A stretch of 63,964 nt of DNA, filler included, from Deltaproteobacteria bacterium (GTDB taxonomy: Bacteria; JAUYMQ01): the NCBI GenBank assembly GCA_030698575.1. It is 8 parts of 8 records of this genome, joined end to end, with 100 filler letters (N's around TTAATTAATTAA, not from the genome) between each part and the next. Parts side by side here need not be neighbours in the genome. Positions count along the whole stretch, not along the records: positions 46,385 to 52,210 come from JAUYMQ010000133.1; positions 52,311 to 60,764 come from JAUYMQ010000136.1; 6 more parts are not named here. One strand, 5' to 3'. The first letter of the stretch is position 1. Each line of letters begins with the position of its first letter. Positions 46,472 through 56,224 of this stretch are shown here, in pieces. The notes below the pieces were generated by a model that ran no database searches, was not told where the DNA came from, and saw nothing but the letters and a program-made list of their open reading frames with translations. Position numbers and translations under genes: made by a program.

Positions 46472-47863
46472 ATGAATTCCCATCGCAGCCAGGGCGAGTT
46501 TCCTCCTGAGACTCGCACGGCACCGCTTACCGATGCGACTCGCCGGCACGCCGCCGAAGCTCCCAGGCAATGGCTGAAGGCGCTACTAAACGGGAATGGG
46601 TGGTTCGATCGCGCCGCCATTGTCCGGCACGTGGCGCTCTCTGCTGCTGCAGGCGCAGCTTATCTTTTTCGGGGCACACTGGTCGCGCGCCCCGAGATCC
46701 TCTGGATCATCGCTGCCGCGTTGCTCCTGAACTGTCTGATCCTCCTTCTTCCGAAATCCACCAGAGGCCTGTCCGTAGCGCGGATTGCCTCGTCGGCCGC
46801 CGGGGTTTCCGGCTGGACGCTCCTCATCTACTTCACCGGGGGCATCACATCACCTTTTGCCGCGGGACTTGCGCTCGAGGTGGTCCTGGCCGCCCGGACC
46901 TTCGGCTTGAACGGGATAGCGCCCGTCACGTTCGTTGCGACGTGCGGCCTCTGGCTGCAGCAGCTGCGGCTGGGGCTGGCGAATGCGGTGACCCCGCTCC
47001 TGGTGCAGACGTCCATGCTCCTGCTTCTCGGCGGCCTCATATTCTTCCTGGCGCGGTACTGGTCGCGCGAACAGCGGGCGCTTTCCGACGAGGGGGAGCG
47101 CATCAGGCGCCGGCTCCTGACGCTGGAGGGGGAGCTTGCCGCGGCGCCTCGCATGGAGGAGATCGGCGAGAACGTGGCCAGGCTCGCCCACGGGTGCAAG
47201 AACACGATCCACAGCCTGAAGGGGTTTGCAGCCCTCATCGAGCGGCACCTCCGGAACGACGACGAGAGCGCGCGCACGCTTGCCGGGCTGCGCGCGGCGA
47301 TCGACCAGCTGGAGGGGCTGGTGCGAAGCACCTTGCTCGCGGGCGGGGCGCAGGGCGCGGCGAGCGGCTCCACCGACGGGGAGCGGCTCGGAAAGCTGAT
47401 GGAGGAGACGAGGATCGAATCGTCGTCGGCGTACCCGCAGGTTCAGTGGCGCGTCCTAGCAAACGGCGGAATGCCCGCGGTCGGGGTGCCCCCCGAGATC
47501 ATCAAGGACGTGCTTCTCGAGCTGTGCACAAATGCGGCGGCGGCCGTGGAGACGGCCGTGGAGGCCCCGGGCTGCGTGACCCTCGAGACCTGCGCCCATG
47601 AGGCGTTCCTCTGCCTCCATGTGCGTGACGAGGGGTCAGGCATCGCTGAGGCGTCGAGGTCTCGAATCTTCGAACGCGGGTTCTCCACGAAGCCCGAGGG
47701 GCACGGACTGGGACTTTTTCTGTCTCGCCGCTCTCTCATGCTGCACGGCGGCGCGCTCGAGGCGAGACCCGCACCGCACGGGGGCGCGCTGTTCTGCATG
47801 CGTCTGCCGGTTGCCGGCGATCGCTCCCGCCCGCCCGGGCTCCCGCGGAGGGCCGCGCCATGA
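46472..47863 (+). CDS. Multi-TM sensor histidine kinase
   Basis: About 5 TM with TGGITSPF loop, H-box LAHGCKNTI, DEGSGI, FSTKPEGHGLGL; start uncertain. Confidence 0.88.
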   Translation: MNSHRSQGEFPPETRTAPLTDATRRHAAEAPRQWLKALLNGNGWFDRAAIVRHVALSAAAGAAYLFRGTLVARPEILWIIAAALLLNCLILLLPKSTRGLSVARIASSAAGVSGWTLLIYFTGGITSPFAAGLALEVVLAARTFGLNGIAPVTFVATCGLWLQQLRLGLANAVTPLLVQTSMLLLLGGLIFFLARYWSREQRALSDEGERIRRRLLTLEGELAAAPRMEEIGENVARLAHGCKNTIHSLKGFAALIERHLRNDDESARTLAGLRAAIDQLEGLVRSTLLAGGAQGAASGSTDGERLGKLMEETRIESSSAYPQVQWRVLANGGMPAVGVPPEIIKDVLLELCTNAAAAVETAVEAPGCVTLETCAHEAFLCLHVRDEGSGIAEASRSRIFERGFSTKPEGHGLGLFLSRRSLMLHGGALEARPAPHGGALFCMRLPVAGDRSRPPGLPRRAAP

Positions 47864-49236
47864 CGACCCCCGCTATCCTGGCCGTCGAGGACGACGCCGC
47901 GGCGGCGGAACTCCTTCGGCTCGCGCTCGAGGGTGAAGGATTCGAAGTCCGCCTGGCCGCAAACGGGATCGAAGCGATCCTCGCGATGGAAACCGCCCTG
48001 CCGGACCTGGTGATCTCGGATCTCAGGATGCCGGAGATGGACGGGCTCACGCTTCTCTCTCGCGTCAAGCAACGCTGGCCCGCGGTTCCCTTCATCCTCG
48101 CGAGCGTGGAGGACGACATCGCGACGGTCGTCGAGGCCGTTCAGATGGGCGCGGTCAACTACCTGGTGAAACCCTTCTCGCCGGCGCTCCTGACCCTGGC
48201 CGTGCGAAAAGCGCTCCACAAGTCGCCCCCGCGCCAGGCCGGGGACGGCGCGCTCGGCGAGATCGTCGGCCGTAGCAGGCAGATCGTGGAGGTGCGCCAC
48301 GCAGTCGCCGTGGCGGCGCGGAGCGACGTGAACGTCCTGATAACGGGAGAGACCGGAACCGGAAAGGAACTGGTGGCCCGCGCCATTCATCGATGTTCAA
48401 AGCTATCGCTCGGTCCCTTCGTAGCCGAGAACTGCGCCGCCATCCCGCCGGAACTCTTCGAGAGCCAGTTTTTCGGGCACCGCCGGGGCGCCTTCACCGG
48501 CGCGGATCGCGATCACGCGGGCCTTCTCCAGCGCGCGGACGGCGGCGTGCTCTTCCTGGACGAGCTCGAGAGCCTCGGTGCGATTCACCAGGCGAAGCTG
48601 CTCCGGGTCCTGGACGACGGGGAGATCCGGCCGGTCGGCTCGAGCGAGGCGCGACAGATTTCGGTGCGGTTTCTGGCGGCGACCAACCGGGATTCGCAGT
48701 CGATGATTCGAGCAGGCCAGTTGCGCGAGGACCTTTACTACCGCCTGCGGGGATTCGAGATTCACCTGCCCCCGTTGAATGCGCGCCGTGATGATATTCC
48801 CCTCCTGGCGGCGCACTTTCTCCGAGGGGAAGCGAGCGCCCTGACGCCGGAGGCTCTGAAAGTCCTCCGGGCACGGTCATGGCCGGGCAACGTGAGGGAG
48901 CTGCAGAACGCCATCCGGAGCGCCGAGAGTCTCGCGGCCGGGGCACCGATTGGCGTGGAGCATCTGTCTTTCGGCGCCGCGTTCCCGAACCCGGAAGCAA
49001 CCGCGGTCGCAGAGCCGTGCCGGCTCCTCCGCGCGGCCGAGCGCGGGGCGATTGTCGAGGCGCTTCGCGTCTCCAACGGCAAGCGGAGCGAGGCGGCGCG
49101 GAGGCTCGGGATCGATCGCTCGACCCTCAGGCGCAAGTTGCGCGAGTTCGCAATCGATCCCGCGCCGCCATCGGCCGATCCGTCACCCCCGGCCGGCCCG
49201 CCCCCGAAGCCCCCCCGGGACCAGCTATTTAATTGA
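47860..49236 (+). CDS. Sigma54-dependent response regulator
   Basis: REC (VEDD, DLRMP, KP), GETGTGKE, GAFTGA, WPGNVRELQN, Fis HTH. Confidence 0.95.
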   Translation: MTTPAILAVEDDAAAAELLRLALEGEGFEVRLAANGIEAILAMETALPDLVISDLRMPEMDGLTLLSRVKQRWPAVPFILASVEDDIATVVEAVQMGAVNYLVKPFSPALLTLAVRKALHKSPPRQAGDGALGEIVGRSRQIVEVRHAVAVAARSDVNVLITGETGTGKELVARAIHRCSKLSLGPFVAENCAAIPPELFESQFFGHRRGAFTGADRDHAGLLQRADGGVLFLDELESLGAIHQAKLLRVLDDGEIRPVGSSEARQISVRFLAATNRDSQSMIRAGQLREDLYYRLRGFEIHLPPLNARRDDIPLLAAHFLRGEASALTPEALKVLRARSWPGNVRELQNAIRSAESLAAGAPIGVEHLSFGAAFPNPEATAVAEPCRLLRAAERGAIVEALRVSNGKRSEAARRLGIDRSTLRRKLREFAIDPAPPSADPSPPAGPPPKPPRDQLFN

Positions 49237-49376
49237 TCGCCGCCTCGCGGCCCGGGGGGACTGGCCCGGCGCAAAACGCACCGCGCCTGCGGCGATTCGC
49301 CCCAGCCGTTTCTTGGTGGCGTCTTCCGGCCGTCCGGAAGCTCATGAAAATACCTTTGAATTCGAAATCCGACGTT

Positions 49377-49391
49377 TGGCACGCGCCTTGC
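49377..49391 (+). promoter_or_regulatory. Sigma54 (-24/-12) promoter
   Basis: TGGCACGCGCCTTGC, exact consensus match about 90 bp upstream of the ATG. Confidence 0.85.
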
Positions 49392-49480
49392 TCTTGGACT
49401 CTGCTACCACGCTGAGGATGGGCTGCCGTCTTGTCTTCACCGCGGTTCTTCCCAACGTAATTAACCACAGGAGTGCAACT

Positions 49481-49969
49481 ATGAGAGCCATGCTCAAGAC
49501 GAGCCTGATTGTCCTTGCCGTCGGCCTTGCGCTGACCTTTGCCTACGGGGATGCTTACGCGGCTGGATGCTGCCAGAATCAGTCGCCGTCGAACGGCCAG
49601 GGACAGGACGACGACCTCAACTCCGGGCCGCTTCCCGATCCGGGCTGTACCACGGAACCGGCTGCAAGCCCTGACTGCTACCGTTTCGACAACTTGCAGG
49701 AGTTCTGGAATGACAGCATCTGCACGGGGTCTGACCCGGACGGCGCAGGACCAGCAACCGGAGATTCATGCCTGGAAAACGCCGATTGCACGGATAGCGG
49801 TGTCCCTGCCGCCTGTTGTACAGGATCTGGCACTGGAACCTGCGGCGTGACGGACTCGGAGCCAGCGTTCGTGCCTGCCCTTTCGACATGGGGAGTTCTG
49901 CTGTTCCTCATGCTGGGTGGTGGGTTGATCCTGCTCCGGCGGTCTCGGTCCGGGATGTCGGGCGTGTAG
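49481..49969 (+). CDS. Secreted Cys-rich protein with IPTL-CTERM-like sorting signal
   Basis: AGGAG RBS; signal peptide ending AYA; 10 Cys; C-terminus VPALSTWG + TM + RRSR. Confidence 0.85.
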   Translation: MRAMLKTSLIVLAVGLALTFAYGDAYAAGCCQNQSPSNGQGQDDDLNSGPLPDPGCTTEPAASPDCYRFDNLQEFWNDSICTGSDPDGAGPATGDSCLENADCTDSGVPAACCTGSGTGTCGVTDSEPAFVPALSTWGVLLFLMLGGGLILLRRSRSGMSGV

Positions 49970-50037
49970 GTTGGCGGACTGGTCGGGTTGACGTGTACCC
50001 TGTTGTGAGGGTCCCGCGTCAGCCTATTCAGGAGGAT

Positions 50038-50089
50038 GAACTCCCGCCTCGGAAAGCCTTTCGATTGGCCCGAGGCGGGAGTTCTTGTT
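50038..50089 (+). terminator. Probable intrinsic terminator between convergent genes
   Basis: 15-bp inverted repeat GAACTCCCGCCTCGG / CCGAGGCGGGAGTTC followed by TTGTT. Confidence 0.65.
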
Positions 50090-50141
50090 CGCTCAAACCG
50101 CGCTCTCTGTCCGTTGCTCTTCAGCCATCCACGCCTAGAGG

Positions 50142-52210
50142 CTATCGCGAAACCACCGTACGTAGGATCGAAGCCGAGAGCAAGTAAAGTGCGCAGGCCA
50201 GCGACACGACGGTCCGCTGGCCCGCCTCCATGGCCACCAGCGTCGCAAGCACCGCGCCCACGACCGATGCGCAGCCGTTGACACCCCACGCCCAGGGGAC
50301 GAGCGACGGCGCGCGGCGCGCGAGCATCGCCAGGCCGAGGGGGAAGGGCATCCCCATGAAGAAGGCGAGCGGCGCGATGAGCGTGAGCGAGAGGGCGGCC
50401 TTCGCAAGGCCGGGCCAGCCCGAGGCGGCCCGGAAGAGCGGGGAGAGGGCCGCCAGGTAGACGAGTGCCAGGAACGCGATCGCGAGCACCGCGGCGGCGA
50501 TGGCCCGGCCGGTTCCTCGATCGGGCGGTGCCGGGCGGGGTTCGGGAGCGTCCACGGCGTCCTCCCCGCCGCCAATCGACGCGAAGCCGAGGCCCCTGCG
50601 CGCCAGCCGCGCCCGCCAGCGCGCCGAGGCGCCGCTCCCGAGCCCCGCGAAGACGAGGAAGCCCGCCAGGACGACGGCAACGGAATAGAGGGGGTGGCCG
50701 AGAAAGAGCGCGAAGCGCTGGATGAAGGCCATCTCGATCGCGATGAACGCGAGGCCGATCGCGACGAAGTAGACCCCGCTCCGCCGCCGGAGCGCGCGCG
50801 AGGCGTCCTCCCGCGGGAGCGCGGGGAGCGGCAGGAGGATCAGCAGGAAGCTCGCGAGCGCCGCCTGCGCCAGCGTTGCGAGCAAGACGAGATAGCCCCA
50901 CTCGCCGAGCCCCATCCCCCCCGACTCCCGCATCGAGAGCATCTCGCGCACCGTGCCGAGCTTCAGGAACTGATGGAAGTAGGGGCGGTCGTCCGTTGCG
51001 GGGCGCAGGTCGAACTTGTAGCGATCGAGGAACGCGGCGCGTTCCGGCCCGAGCAGAGCCCGGGCGCCGGCCGAGAAGGTGTCGTCGTCGAGCACGTTGA
51101 AGCGATTGCCGAGATCCGCGCCCACGCCCGGCGCGTAAGCCACGTCGAAGGAGCGGGACTCGCAGAAATCCACGAGCGCGGCGACCTCGGCGGGCGTGAA
51201 GGGCGCGCGCTTGACCAGCAGCGTGGCGGTCCGGAAGCTGCGTATGAGGGCGAGGTGCCGCGCGGGTTCGCGAGCGCCGGCGCGCGAGAGCGCTTCGGCG
51301 GCGGTCGCCACGAGGCGCAGGCTGTCGCGCGGCGGGATCTTGACCCAGCGCGTGATGGCGAGAACGCCGCTATCGGCAAGGCGCGCCAGGTAGGCCTCGA
51401 AGGCCTCCACCGTGTAGAGGTAGCTCTCTTGCGAGGCCTGGAGCCCGGCGGCCGAAGCACCGAAGGCGTCGAGCAGCGCGATCTGGATGAGATCGTGGCG
51501 CCCCTGCGACGAGGCGACGAAGCCGCGCCCTTCGGCGATGCGCAGCTTCACGCGCGCGTCATCGAAGGGATTGCCCATGCGAGGGGCCTCCCGGCGAACC
51601 ATCTCGATCACGCCGGGGTTCAGCTCGACCGCCGTGATGTGGCGCGCACCGTGAGATCGCGCCAGCAACACCTCGGCGCCCGTGCCTGCGCCGAGCACGA
51701 GCACCGACGGTTCGTCGAGTAGCGCGTAGGGCGCCGCCGAGGACTGCCAGTCGAGATAGGCGAGCGGCTCGAAGCGCCCGTCGAAGTGCGTAAGCGCGCC
51801 GAGAAGCTCGCCGTCGGAAAAGAGCGCGTGCTGCGGCGGCGGTCCGGCGGGGGCCGCGAGCGAGAGCCCCGGCGCGTGGCGAAAGGGGACCTCCGGCGAG
51901 TCCACGAGCACCAGCGAGGCCAGCGGGCTGGAGGCCTGCCCCACTGCCCGTGCCCCCGACACGGCCAGGGCCTGGGGGAGCCCCTTGTAGGGCGAGGGGC
52001 GGGGGGCGAGCCAGCCCCCGGGCCAGGCCAGCGGGGTCGCCAGAGCGACAAGCGCGAGCGCCACGACCGCCGGCCGCGGCGGGGCTGCGCTCCGCCGGTC
52101 CAGCGCGGCGAGCCCGGCCCCCAGGAGGCCCAGGAGCGCTATCGCGCGCAGGCAGCTTTCGGGGGGCAGGACGAAGAGCCCCGCGATGACCGCGGCGGCG
52201 CCCAGGCCCC
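50142..52210 (-). CDS. Membrane spermidine synthase-like SAM-dependent transferase (5' truncated)
   Basis: VLVLGAGTG, VELNP, ESYLYTVEAF, PATDDRPYF, FMGMPFPLGL, WAWGVNG. Confidence 0.88.
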
Positions 52211-52310
52211 NNNNNNNNNNNNNNNNNNNNNNNNNNNNNNNNNNNNNNNNNNNNTTAATTAATTAANNNNNNNNNNNNNNNNNNNNNNNNNNNNNNNNNN
52301 NNNNNNNNNN
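52211..52310. other. Artificial contig linker
   Basis: N run with TTAATTAATTAA. Confidence 0.99.
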
Positions 52311-52421
52311 GATACTGCGCTCACGCTCCCGCTCGACAAAGAGCTCCACAACGAGGCCGCTCTCGACGAGCGCCACGCGGGTCTCGCCGGCGGTGACGTT
52401 GATGATAATTTCCTGCGACAT
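52311..52421 (-). CDS. rng: Ribonuclease G/E family, N-terminus (3' truncated)
   Basis: MSQEIIINVTAGETRVALVESGLVVELFVERE. Confidence 0.85.
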
Positions 52422-52576
52422 AAGAACCTTCTTCTTCCCCAGAACCGGGGCTTGTGCGAGGGGTACGAGGCGGGGCGGGGATGCCGTAACGTCGGAAGGT
52501 AGCAAAGGAAACGGCACCCCTCAAGAGAATCCTCCAGCGGCCGGGGGTATTACCGGGACCACCCCGGCCCGCCCTT

Positions 52577-52605
52577 TTGCAGTCGTGTATTGTATACTGC
52601 ATACT
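52577..52605 (+). promoter_or_regulatory. Promoter of the GntR gene with overlapping GntR-type operator
   Basis: TTGCAG-N17-CATACT containing tandem TGTAT/TGTATAC/TGCATAC. Confidence 0.65.
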
Positions 52606-52696
52606 TTGTGGCCCACCCTTGCGACCCCGCCTCCGGTCGCTCATGGCCTGTCGCCGCCCGCTTCATGGCGGCCGAGAGGGGCGTCGGAGAAACGGA

Positions 52697-53386
52697 ATGG
52701 AACGAACACGCTTTACAGTCGAGAAGCACCAGACGCTTCGCGAGAGGGTCGTTGAGTCTATCCGCGAGGCCATAGTCAGAGGGAACCTGAAGGCGGGCGA
52801 GCGCCTGGCCGAGTCGGACGTGGCCCAGCGGTTCGGGATCAGCAGGACCCCCGTGCGGGAGGCCTTCCGCCAGCTCGAGTCGGAGGGCTTTCTCGTGGTG
52901 GCCCCCAGGCGGGGCGCCACCGTCAGCCCCGTGACCGACAGGGATGTCTTCGAGTTCTATACGATCAAGGGGATCCTCGAGGGTTACGCGGCGCGGGTGG
53001 CCGCCGAGCGGCTTACCGACCGCGAGATCCGGCGCATGGAAGAGCTGAACAACCAGCTCGAGGAATACGCCGACCGCGGCGACGTCCGGGCCTGCCTGCG
53101 GGTGCACAACGAATTCCACGAGATGTTTCTCCGCGCCTGCGGCAACGAGAAGCTCTTCAAGCTCGTCCAGAGCCTCGTCCATCAGTTTCAGCGCTTTCGC
53201 CTCTCGCTCTCGGTGACCGGCAAGCTCAAGAAATCGATCGAGCAGCATCGCGCCATCGTGAAGGCGTTCGAGGCGCGCGACGCCGATCTCGCCGAGCGCC
53301 TCGTGAAGGAGAACGCCGACTACGGCGGCGACACCTTCATCCGCGAGATCCTCGACCCCCAGCGTCCCGGGGATGACCGTCCCTGA
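52697..53386 (+). CDS. GntR family regulator (FCD domain)
   Basis: GERLAESDVAQRFGISRTPVREA, HNEFH, EQHRAIV. Confidence 0.95.
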   Translation: MERTRFTVEKHQTLRERVVESIREAIVRGNLKAGERLAESDVAQRFGISRTPVREAFRQLESEGFLVVAPRRGATVSPVTDRDVFEFYTIKGILEGYAARVAAERLTDREIRRMEELNNQLEEYADRGDVRACLRVHNEFHEMFLRACGNEKLFKLVQSLVHQFQRFRLSLSVTGKLKKSIEQHRAIVKAFEARDADLAERLVKENADYGGDTFIREILDPQRPGDDRP

Positions 53387-53627
53387 ACCGCGCCGCCGTC
53401 CCCCGATCTTCCTCCGGTCCGTTCGCCGGGCGGCCCACGGCCGGGGGGCCCGGGGGAGACCCCCCAGGGCCGGCCCGCTCGCCCCAATAGACATTGATCT
53501 CGCAGGGTTTGACGTGTATCTTCAGCTTTCGATTCCCTGACGGGGACCCGGTCCCCGTGGTCCTCCAGCGCCCCGCTGCAACCCCGCTGTAGCGGGTCCC
53601 CCTGGCGGCACGATCGGCTCGATCAGC

Positions 53628-54227
53628 ATGGTCAATACCAGCGTCCTGGTTCTCAACCGCTCCTATATGCCGGTCCACGTGACAACGGCAAAACGGGCGT
53701 TTTCGCTTCTTTACCAGGGGCTTGCCCGCGCCATCGACCGGCATTACCAAACCTTCGATTTCGACAGCTGGACAGCGCTGTCGGTCGAGGCCGGGGATCC
53801 GCATATCGGGCTCATCGATCGTGCCATCAGGATCCCGATGGTGATCGTCCTGAGCGCCTTCGATCGCATGCCGCGACGCCACGTGCGCTTCAGCCGCTAC
53901 AATATTTACGCGCGTGACGGCAATACGTGCCAGTATTGCGGAAAGCAGTACAGCCGCAGCGAACTCAATCTCGATCATGTGGTTCCGCGTTCCTGCGGGG
54001 GCACGAGCACCTGGGAGAACGTGGTCTGCTCCTGCCTCACTTGTAACCGGAAGAAGGGCGGTCGTACCCCCCGGGAGGCCGGCCTCAAGCTTCTGAAGGC
54101 TCCCCGCCGGCCGAAGTGGACGCCGATCATGAGCCTCACGATGTCGGAGATCCGGCACCGCGAATGGCTTCCGTTCCTGAACATCGTTGACGCGTCGTAC
54201 TGGAATACCGAGTTGCGCGAGGATTGA
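53628..54227 (+). CDS. HNH endonuclease (McrA-like)
   Basis: VLVLNRSY, RDGNTCQYCG, DHVVPRS, WENVVCSCLTCNRKKG. Confidence 0.93.
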   Translation: MVNTSVLVLNRSYMPVHVTTAKRAFSLLYQGLARAIDRHYQTFDFDSWTALSVEAGDPHIGLIDRAIRIPMVIVLSAFDRMPRRHVRFSRYNIYARDGNTCQYCGKQYSRSELNLDHVVPRSCGGTSTWENVVCSCLTCNRKKGGRTPREAGLKLLKAPRRPKWTPIMSLTMSEIRHREWLPFLNIVDASYWNTELRED

Positions 54228-54347
54228 TGCGCCGGTAGTCTCGGCATGCCCCCCCTCCGTCATCGGCATTTCTGTCCAAGTTGTGCGGCGGTGAGATCGC
54301 GCTCACTGCCTTCCGACGCACCCAAACCCGGGAGCGGAGTCGGCGGG

Positions 54348-55412
54348 ATGGAGCCAAGGGAGAAACTGCAAACCTACGCGGGGCCTTCGCCCCTCCAGAA
54401 CGGTCTCTTTGCGCGGCCTGTGGTGAAGTCCGCCTCGCCCGTGGCGGCCCCGGAGCGGCGCACGCGCATTCTGGCGGTGGGCGGCGGGAAGGGGGGCGTC
54501 GGTAAGACCTTCCTGGCCTGTAATCTCGGTGCGATGATGGCGCGGCTTGGCAAGCGCGTCATTCTGGTCGACGCAGATCTCGGCGGTGCGAATCTTCACA
54601 CCTACCTCGGCCTGGATTTCCCCGATCGGACGCTGAACGACGTCCTCACACGGCGGCTGGACCGGGTCGAGGATGCCGTGATCTCGACTTCCTACCCCAA
54701 TCTGAAGCTCATCAGCGGCGCACAGAGCGTGCTGGGAGCGGCCAATCCGCGTCACGACTACAAGGCGCGCCTGGCCCGGAAGCTCAGGGATCTTGACGCG
54801 GACGTGGTGATTCTCGATCTGGGATCGGGAACGTCCTTCAACACGCTCGACACCTTCCTGCTCTCCGACGAAGGAATCTTCGTCGTGGTCCCCGAGCCGA
54901 CCTCGCTGGAGAATGCTTACGCGTTCATCAAAGCGAGTTTCTTCCGCCGGCTGCGGCGAGCGGCCACGGACGCGCGAATCAAGACCCTCGTCGACCGCGT
55001 CGCGGACGGCCGGGTTGAGCGGAGCATCCGCACGCCGGCGGATCTGTTGTCGGCCATCGACGGGATGGATCCGCGGGCGGGGGCGAGGCTGCGCGAGGAA
55101 GTGAACCGGTTCCGGCCCCACGTGGTGATGAACCAGGTGCGCACCGTCGAGGACATCCAGATAGGATTCGCGATCCGCAAGGTGTGCCGGCGCTACTTCG
55201 GGCTGGACGTCGACTACCTGGGATACGTGAACTACGACAACGCGGTCTGGAAAGCGATCCGGAAGCGCTGCCTGCTTCTGACGGAGTATCCGCTCTCGGA
55301 GCCGGTCGAGTTTCTCGCGCGCATGGCCAAGAAGCTTCTGGAGCAGGAGGGCGGCGACCCGGTGATCACCCCTGTTCGGGTTCCTTCCGGGAACCGGCAG
55401 GGCACGGGGTAG
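54348..55412 (+). CDS. MinD/FlhG-like P-loop ATPase
   Basis: Deviant Walker A GKGGVGKT, DADLGGANLH, PEPTSLENAY. Confidence 0.9.
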   Translation: MEPREKLQTYAGPSPLQNGLFARPVVKSASPVAAPERRTRILAVGGGKGGVGKTFLACNLGAMMARLGKRVILVDADLGGANLHTYLGLDFPDRTLNDVLTRRLDRVEDAVISTSYPNLKLISGAQSVLGAANPRHDYKARLARKLRDLDADVVILDLGSGTSFNTLDTFLLSDEGIFVVVPEPTSLENAYAFIKASFFRRLRRAATDARIKTLVDRVADGRVERSIRTPADLLSAIDGMDPRAGARLREEVNRFRPHVVMNQVRTVEDIQIGFAIRKVCRRYFGLDVDYLGYVNYDNAVWKAIRKRCLLLTEYPLSEPVEFLARMAKKLLEQEGGDPVITPVRVPSGNRQGTG

Positions 55413-55486
55413 CACCCCTTCATATTTCGAACCTCGAACGCCCGCCGTTCAGGCCAGCTTCCGGCGCGCGGCGGCCCCATGAACTG

Positions 55487-56224
55487 ATGATGCAAGACGA
55501 GATCAATCCCCACGAGATCCTTGAGATCGCACCCGGCGCAAGCCGCGGCGAGATCGAGCGTGCATACTATCTGGCGCGCCTCGCCTACGGATCGGACTCG
55601 CTGGCCTCTTATTCTCTCTATTCGCCCGGGGAGCGAACGCTCATACTTGATCGCATCGAGCGGGCCTACCAGCTGCTGCTCGACGAACCCACGGGAGCGC
55701 CGCCTGGCGCCACTTCTGCGGGCGATGACGCGAGAGCGGCCGGGCGGGAAGCCCCAGCCGGCGCTACACCTCGCGCGCCGGTGCCTCCGGCGGACGAGTT
55801 CGGGGAAGCAGGTGCGGGCGCCCGGGGTAATGCTGATGGCAATGCGGAGGGTTCGCGCGTCGTTCCCGCCGGGCCCCCGCCCGTCAGGAGCCGGGAGCCG
55901 GTCCGGCCCGTTCCGGTCCGGCCGCAGATTGAGGCCACGGACGTTTCCCGACCCTACGTCGCCGGGGCGCTTCACCAGATCAGGAAATCACGGGGCCTCA
56001 AACTCGAGGAAATCGTGACGCAAACCAGGATCAGCCTGAAAAATCTCCGCCTGATCGAGTCAGGCGACTACGACCAGCTGCCTTCGGTCGTCTACCTGCG
56101 GGGATATCTCACCCAATACGCCAATTGCCTCCGCTTGAGCCCGGCGGATGTGCTCGCCGACTATCTCGAAGCGATCGGCGGGGCGTCCGGCGGGAAGGGT
56201 GGCAAACCCGGAAAGCATGAGTGA
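55487..56224 (+). CDS. Degenerate J-domain plus RodZ-like HTH protein
   Basis: NPHEILEI...EIERAY (no HPD), C-terminal LHQIRKSRGL...YLRGYLTQYA; start uncertain. Confidence 0.8.
   Translation: MMQDEINPHEILEIAPGASRGEIERAYYLARLAYGSDSLASYSLYSPGERTLILDRIERAYQLLLDEPTGAPPGATSAGDDARAAGREAPAGATPRAPVPPADEFGEAGAGARGNADGNAEGSRVVPAGPPPVRSREPVRPVPVRPQIEATDVSRPYVAGALHQIRKSRGLKLEEIVTQTRISLKNLRLIESGDYDQLPSVVYLRGYLTQYANCLRLSPADVLADYLEAIGGASGGKGGKPGKHE

Noticed and set aside
53628-54227. HNH gene as an IscB/Cas9-like RNA-guided nuclease or homing element
   Set aside because: Only 199 aa, no RuvC or PLMP motifs, no repeat array, housekeeping context
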